A stretch of 58,035 bases of DNA, counting the filler, from Sluysia triapertura (lineage: Eukaryota), in the NCBI GenBank assembly GCA_046118255.1. It is 4 parts of 4 records of this genome, joined end to end, with 100 filler letters (N's around TTAATTAATTAA, not from the genome) between each part and the next. Parts side by side here need not be neighbours in the genome. Positions count along the whole stretch, not along the records: positions 41,188 to 58,035 come from JBJNIA010197152.1; 3 more parts are not named here. One strand, 5' to 3'. Of this stretch, positions 50,883-58,035 are shown in pieces. The stretch's first letter is position 1. Each line of letters begins with the position of its first letter. The position numbers and the translations under genes are program-made. A model generated the notes under the pieces. The model saw only the letters and a list, made by a program, of their open reading frames with translations, was not told the origin of the DNA and made no database searches.

Positions 50883-51390
50883 ATCACATAAAAACATTTC
50901 TTACATACACAGAACACTAAATAAACTACTTAACTCATTCAAAAAACAAACCTAGTCATTGTACATAATTGTCATGAACTATAGTCATAATATATAATTA
51001 TTATGATTATTGTTATTATTGTCGCTATTATTATTGTTATCATAATTATTGCTACCATTATTGTCATTATAATAATCACAACAACAATCACCATGATCAC
51101 AGGTACATGTTAAAACAACGATGTTGATGATGTTATATTATAAGAATTATTATGACAACTGGATTTAAAATAACAATGACTATAACTCGTGATAATTATA
51201 TACAGTGGCTATGTTGATGATGTTATTATATGATAATCATATTATATAACAATAATCATAATAAATATTATATATTTTAATACGATAACTATAGTTCATG
51301 ACAATTATGTACAATGACTAGGTTTGTTTTTTGAATGAGTCAAGTAGTTTATTTAGTGTTCTGTGTATGTAATAAATGTTTTTATGTGAT
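50883..51390. repeat. Foldback/MITE-like long inverted repeat in the AFG3L2 intron
   Basis: Arms 50883-50985 and 51288-51390 are near-perfect reverse complements and extend inward through ATT-rich/AAT-rich sequence. Confidence 0.9.
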
Positions 51391-51584
51391 GAAGTGTAGA
51401 AATTTTGATATGATTTCCCTACACGAATAAAATAAATTATAAAGAAACTATGGAATAGTTATAGAATGGAATTAAAGCATTAAAACCATTGTAAAAGCCA
51501 GATTATCGTTAATTTATAAAGTGAAATTTTGATTTTAGTTATCCTATCATCGAGTAAGGACTTAAGGTCAAGTTTGGTTGATTT

Positions 51585-51660
51585 ATACATTATATTGTTA
51601 TAAATATATTGTTATACATTATATTGTTATAAATATATTGCTATACATTATATTGTTTTA
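51585..51660. repeat. 28-bp tandem repeat (TATACATTATATTGTTATAAATATATTG) x~2.5
   Basis: Direct inspection. Confidence 0.85.
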
Positions 51661-52029
51661 ATAAATGCTCTTGCGAATCAAATAACCCGTCTCCTTAGTT
51701 GGTAAAATTTGCCACTGTAACAAAATGCCTTAGAGTAGTATTTTTAATATAAATTAGAAAGAGGTTTCATATTTTTTTTCTATTAATAACTTCGCATTTA
51801 AATTTTGAAAATTTATCAAATACATAAATTCCTTGTAAATGCATTTTAATTTGTTTAAATTAACAAACAATTCGTTCCACTCATTTATAAATTCACATAT
51901 TACAACCTCGCTACGCACGATAAGATCTAAAACTCTGCGTTTTGAAAATATGATACGAAATAGTCAAATAATACAAGCAAATGCTTGAAGAGAGAAATGC
52001 TGAATCGAAACAACAAACTAAGAATATGT

Positions 52030-52170
52030 TAGATCACTAAACCTATATATCTAATACAATGCTCAAGTAACTTCTAAGAAGAAATTCGCATAAATATGTA
52101 TTCACAGATAACAATCACAGCGAAACCAGCAATTTAGATTTAGAAACAAAAAGCACTGAAAGTATGGATT
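52030..52170 (+). mobile_element. GIY-YIG endonuclease remnant (Penelope-like)
   Basis: IYLIQC (52045-52062)...KYV...RFRN matches the IY.I.C..C...Y(I/V)G.T...RF..H pattern. Frameshifted. Confidence 0.4.
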
Positions 52171-52668
52171 GTCATTTTTGAAGACATATTTCATACAATG
52201 CATGTGTGTGACTCTGTCCATCCTAACGAAGGTAATGTAAATTTTATACCTTATTTGGTAATTGAAGAAACTCCTGAAAGGAAAATGATATTATTTAAAG
52301 TTATATTAATTTTATCAGATAAAAGAGGTTCCAATATTTGAAATTTCATTTATTTACAGATTTAATAGATATATTTTCATGACGCAGATACTTTAGTAAC
52401 ACAAATAAGAGTTTGTTTCTTTCATTTCAAAAATCAACTTAATCTTTTGTCTTCATTAGCTACCATGGTTGTTAAATGACGACTTTACGTTTTATATTTT
52501 TTATTTATTGCAATATATTTTTAATAACGAAATTTCCTAGCACAATCATTACATTGGTATGTGTTGCGTACACAAAAAAATGTTTTTATAAGATTTGAGC
52601 TTGTTTGTAAGGTGATATACCAAGATAACTAAATACATGTCATGATTTTTAAATTTTGAAAAAAACCT

Positions 52669-52687
52669 CGTCTCCTTAATGGGTTAA
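52669..52687 (-). mobile_element. piggyBac-type terminal repeat end
   Basis: CGTCTCCTTAATGGG followed by TTAA (CCC terminus plus TTAA target). A related CGTCTCCTTAGTTGGTAA lies at ~51688. Confidence 0.4.
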
Positions 52688-54189
52688 AGTAATAATGTGT
52701 ATATTTAAAAATATTTTGAAATATATAATACATTGTAGATTTCTCGTATTTACTATTCACGCAGAAACGTTGGCATTAATGAAAATGTTTGTCATACTTT
52801 CAGTAATAAGTAACTAGTTTCAAATAATTTATCTATTCAGTAGCAATCAATAAAATTATTAAAAGAATTGTTCGATGCATGGGAATAATCGTTTACATAT
52901 TGTGTAAATTAAAAATTACGTATATTGATATATAGCATAAATCACGGATCATAATCGCGTTTGTCAATCTGAACCAGTAATGCATATGAAAATATCAGCA
53001 AATAAATATAAACATGCACTTCAAGTTAATATCAGATAAATCAAGCTGCCACTAAACTGTATCATATTATTATTATTATTGTAACCATAGTTTTCACTTA
53101 TTTAAAATTTTCTAAACATAGTATTTCATTTTCACATTCATTTATTTATCATTAAAAATAATATTTAATTTCATTTAAAATATTATTATTATTTCATTTA
53201 ATTTCAAATTCATTTCAAAAAAATTTTAATTGTAATTAAAATAATAAAAAATCATTTAAAATAAATTAATCAAAATCATTTTAAAAAATTTAATATAAAG
53301 GACAATACATATCATCTATTATTATATTATTATTTTATAATGTAAAAATTATCATTAGTATTATTGTTATTGTTATTATTATTATTTTAGAATGTAAAAA
53401 TTATTATTAGTATTGTTGTTATTATTATCATAAACAATACATGTAATACCAACACTCATTTACATTATGCATAGAATTAGATAGTGAAATAAATATTTCG
53501 AATTTAATTCGTACCTTATAATGTATAACTATTCTAAATACTATTAATGTTACTAATTAATTATCATTGTTAATTATTGTACATATTAGTAAAAGTCATT
53601 ATTATTGATAAATATCATTTATTGGTTTAATTTAAATTGTATAGAACTGATTACAATTTTGAACACATTTATTTAATTTCATTATTATTGATATTATTTT
53701 AATACGTTTATAATTTTTCGAATTGGTATAAAAGGAAATAAAAATATGCAAATAAATACAGTTTTTTTAAGTATCTAAGAAATAGAGAACGATTCGATTT
53801 GCAGTTATCTTACTCATTCTATTTATAAACTGGATCATTCGACTTGCAGTTGTACCAAGATATTATATCATCCTAACAATTCAATTTATTAATTGATCAG
53901 GTGATTCAATTTGGCAATTCAAGTGATCTTATTGCCTTTTATAATTTTTAATAACGATAAATAAAATGGTGTATATTATAACATTTTACATATATACTTG
54001 TTTTGTATTAATTGATCAATAAATTAATTAAATTGTTGTTTTATTTTTAATTAGTTACTTTGCCTTTTTGAGAGTGGGGCCCTAAAAAAGAAGGAAGAAA
54101 TATATAAGGTATATCAGTCAAGACAATAATAATAAATGGTAGTGATAAACGTAGAATTAAACAATTATAATAAGAAACTTAAACATTTA

Positions 54190-54470
54190 TATTACAGTCG
54201 AGTATAGATTAGAGTATAACCGTATAACTATTATTAATAAATTACCAAGCACTTCTATCCTGAACAGCGAGGACGAGTATAATAATTCATACCTCCAGTT
54301 AAAACTAATATAAAGTGATAATATTAATTGAAGTTCAGAATAACTATAAATTTTATAAAAGATTTGAATTAATAATATAGAGCAAGAATTTTTAGAGTAT
54401 AAAATAATATCCAGACTTATTTGAATTTGACATAGATTTAAAGCAAAAAGATGACGCATAAGATTTTTAA
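54190..54470 (-). repeat. Inverted copy of the 35960-36240 repeat
   Basis: AAGCACTTCTATCCTGAACAGCGAGGACGAGTAT and AAAATAATATCCAGAC are reverse complements of the 36 kb block. Confidence 0.8.
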
Positions 54471-55639
54471 AGAATTAGAAAAAGTCGAGACTAAATTTTA
54501 CATTAAGCAAACAAAAAATTATTACAAAAGATTTATCGTACGAGTTAGAGTTAAATTCTTCCAAGTATTTCTCATTTAAGCAGATCGTCATAAAAATCCT
54601 TTTCATTGTAACGATATTATTAATCGAACTAAAAGCGCTGCTAATTACGATTATTTCCACAGTAAACTTTGCTTTTTTCGAATTTTGATTTGGAATTTTC
54701 CAGTCAGTTCTTATTCTCTTTTCTCCTTCTGGCCTGGACAATATACAGGATAATATACATTAAATATATTTTTCAAGAACATGGGGCTCGCAAATCATAG
54801 AACAATTTAACAAAGGGTTAGCGTGAGACCCCTATAGTTCACGACTGTAATTACAAATGACGATTTTGACTTCTAATTAACTCTTAGGTAATATACTTAA
54901 TAAGATTGGCTGCAAACAAACATAAAGTATAAACGTCATTATGTGAATTAAAGATAATATAAAACCGTATTGTCATAGCTACACACATCATTTTGTTGTT
55001 AAATACATCTATTATTGTATATAAACATAAGTATAAATATAATTCACTTCAAACCCATTCATAAACATTTTATCCATCACATAATATCATCATATTGCAC
55101 TCGACTTACAAAATCCATATAATGGCATATGATTATTTATAAATTAATTATAGTTCTTCTTGTTGATATCGCCTCCTTCGCCTACCCTGGCAGCACGTCT
55201 GAAATTTTAATTTATCACGTATATATTGATATTTTAAAAATGTAAAAGCTTTTGAAGATAATGTACAAAAGAAAAGTGTATAATTTATGGATGCAATTCA
55301 TGTATAAAATTTGTTCATCTTGAGAGAAAAATGTATATGATTTATGCGTTGTAAAAATAAGTTTTAATTTTTAAAGATTTTGTTTAAATATGTTACTTTT
55401 TATTTATTCACGAGAATTTTGAAATCGATGAGTGTTTTATCAGTCGATCAAATTAACCTAAAGAATTCTACTACAAAATCTGCATAAACCACGGAAGATG
55501 TTAAATTTTACCGCGAGATGTCGGACATTCAAATTAGCATTGTTTTTGTATTTTTAAGAGTGTAAAGAGTTATGATGATAACAATCTAATAAGCACATTA
55601 TGTATGGGATTATGTATAGCTGTTCTTTCAGCATATATC

Positions 55640-55890
55640 AGTACTAGTACCACAACAACTACTACCAGTACTACTAGTACTACTACTAATACTAGTACTA
55701 GTACCACTACTACTATAAGTACTATTAGTACTACTACTCATACTACTAGTACTACTACTAATAGTACTGCAACTACTAGTACTACTAGTACTACTACTTC
55801 AACTAGCACTACTACTATTAGTACTGCAACTAATATTACTACTACTCCTAGTACTACTAGCACTACTATTATTACTACTCACTAACTAAC
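55640..55890. repeat. Degenerate (ACT)n/(AGT) microsatellite
   Basis: Direct inspection. Explains the Thr/Ser-rich ORF 55604-55885. Confidence 0.9.
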
Positions 55891-56139
55891 TAATAAAAAT
55901 AATAATAATAATAATAAAAAATCTTTTTCCAGCAATTTTATTTCATTTTTATCACCACTTTGTTGTCTTTAATTTCTTACTTGTTGTAGATGTTGTTTAT
56001 ATTAATTGCTTGAAAATAGAAATTTATTTTGATCTCGTTCATTTATGATGATTCGATCATCTCCGAATTATAATTTTAATAACAAAGTTAATCTTATTTG
56101 TTATCTATGACTTTTATGATAAAATTCATATATACTCAA

Positions 56140-56162
56140 AAATTAATAATAATAATAATAAT

Positions 56163-56207
<45 letters not shown>

Positions 56208-56208
56208 C
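56140..56208. repeat. (AAT)n microsatellite
   Basis: Direct inspection. Confidence 0.95.
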
Positions 56209-56239
56209 AAAAGTAATATTTATTCGATTATCTTGTGGT

Positions 56240-56800
56240 GGTCGAATACGCAAAACATTTATACGCTCAACACGTCTCAATTCTGACTTTACATCGTTTC
56301 TCTGACATCCGAAGTACATGTATCTTACATCATAATCAGACTGATTTTTCACAATTTAAGTTTTCAATGGTCCGACAACCGAAATATGCTCAAAAATATT
56401 CGTAATATTAGTAATATGTTTATTATTCAAATATGATAAGATTCAAAATCAACAAATGTATGACATTTCTTGTAAATCCTTGAATATCTAATAAGTAGTA
56501 TTTGTCTGATTGTATAATTTTTTTTGACACTTCTTTAATTTTTTATAAGAAAAACATTTTCAAATTTCTTTCAATCAAAAACGACAAAAACATTTCATTA
56601 GAGTGAAGAATTAATATTTTTCTTTGCACATTTAAGTTTGCTTTTCTTTTTTCATCTTATCTTTTGTAAATGATTAATCGAACAAATCCGATTCATCCGC
56701 AGTTATAAATCAAAGAAATTATTATTAAAAATACGAAAGAAGTTGCAGAAATTTTAGTATCAGATTCATTTAAAGGTGTTAGACGATTAGTTCTAAATAT
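56240..56800 (-). mobile_element. Decayed Tc1/Tc3-like transposase remnant
   Basis: VVFD*KKF (cf. VVFSDEKKF), KDLQEM and HISVVGPL..IVKNQSDY appear in the expected order. Many stops. Confidence 0.4.
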
Positions 56801-57552
56801 TTTACTTTTCTAATTTTTGTAACAGAAATCACATATCGTTATTATTGTTTATTTATTAACTAGTAGATCATTTCCTCCTTTCAAGTAAGTAAAAGATAAA
56901 ATTTTGGTGTCTATTTAAAATTTTTGCAAAATTAACGCTAGGATCATTCATGGATGAATTAAATCTTTACTACGTTAGATTAAATGAAATGAACCTTAGC
57001 CATTCTCACAGAATTTGGAGGACTTAAATCTACTTAAATCTATTTTTATGTACCGATTGTATTCAAAATTGTTTAAACGAATTAAACTTTTAAACATTAT
57101 GAACCAAAACAGGCTTATTGGTTTTGAAAACATTTAATAACGTTTTATTATAAAACAAGATAAAGATTAAAAGCATAAAAAACATACACCACTATGTCTA
57201 TTAATTCAGAAACTACAACATTCGATAGTAGCTTTTATCAATTTTATATCTTAAAACATATATCAGCTTTATTAATATGCTATTTAAAAATATTATACAT
57301 AAATATCAACGTTTATTAATCACCGTTGTAATTTCCGTTATCATTAATTTTATTAATTTCCATAATCATTATATTATTACTATTATTATCAATTATTAAT
57401 AATTAACAAAATATTTTATATGCCTTCAACGCCGGATAAATGGGCGACTTCCGGGGCGCCGATACTTTTGTAGATTTTATAAATTAAAATCGATCATTTA
57501 TTTCATGAGACATCGATTTTTTTAGCAAGCAATAAATGTTTTTCTTTAATAA

Positions 57553-58035
57553 TGTTCAAATTTTTTTTCTAAGGTTGAATCAATTATAAAAATAATTAAA
57601 TTTACGGGTTCGCCTGTGATACACGGTTTATATTATGTGAAAGACGTACTCACAGGGTTTTGGTGACAAGTGCTGCGCAAAAGAATTACTTATTACTTGA
57701 GTACAACTTATGAGTTGTTACTATGCTTACTGCTTTATTATATTTTGACAAATCTTAGCTTAATGAATTTTTTGAACTTTTGTAAAAGTACTTAATAGTT
57801 ATTCGATTCAAGTCTAAAATTTATCTATGAGATTATTTACTTAAAATTACAACTTTATAACTTATGAAACAAATATATTACTTAAAATTACGACTTTATA
57901 ACTAAAAACAAACTTCTGAAACAAATATATTGCAAGAAATTGGGTATAAGTATATGTAGAGTGCAAGAATAAAACTTAAGTAGTGAGTTCACCAACGTAT
58001 TGGGCTTACTAACTTAATGGCCAACCGTTGGATTT
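57553..58035 (-). repeat. Diverged LTR of the gag-env element family (runs off the window)
   Basis: TGTTCA..TTTCTA...CAATTATAAAAAT...CCTGT...CACG.TTTATATTA...GACGT..TCACAGGGTTT aligns with 45906-46005. Confidence 0.7.

Noticed and set aside
55604-55885. Thr/Ser-rich mucin-like ORF
   Set aside because: Translation of a degenerate (ACT)n microsatellite, with no splice or homology support.
57449-57463. GGGGCGCC near the 57.5 kb LTR as a second PBS
   Set aside because: About 90 nt from the LTR end and a poor match beyond GGCGCCC. More likely a GC-rich MITE remnant.
1-58035. CRISPR arrays, tRNA or rRNA genes
   Set aside because: None seen. The tandem repeats lack unique spacers and the sequence is eukaryotic.

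Overview
Very AT-rich (roughly 20-25% GC by eye) draft genomic scaffold from an animal. The host is probably an invertebrate; 34-39 nt introns and AAT/ACT microsatellites are compatible with a flatworm-like genome, but taxonomy cannot be fixed from the sequence. Three assembly gaps each carry an artificial TTAATTAATTAA linker. Only two host genes look intact: a 3-exon BPNT1 (minus, 37252-38266) and the last two exons of the m-AAA protease AFG3L2 (minus, 48842-50763). The rest is largely decayed mobile DNA: Gypsy gag/pol remnants, solo LTRs, and LINE, Penelope, Tc1 and hAT fragments. There is also a head-to-tail chain of broken host-gene fragments (NOXRED1, QSOX, CHMP1, SERINC). The most striking object is a ~7 kb minus-strand LTR element at ~39.7-47.1 kb. 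Its order is LTR, tRNA-Lys PBS, Gypsy-type gag with a CCHC knuckle, acidic linker, chuvirus-like (class III) glycoprotein, then an unknown ~450 aa domain, with no recognisable protease/RT/RNase H/integrase. A second, diverged relative at 34.5-35.8 kb shows the same gag-to-linker junction without pol, suggesting a family of pol-less gag+env elements. A six-copy dispersed repeat with a covarying hairpin is also present. All protein assignments come from motif recognition by eye, not from database searches.
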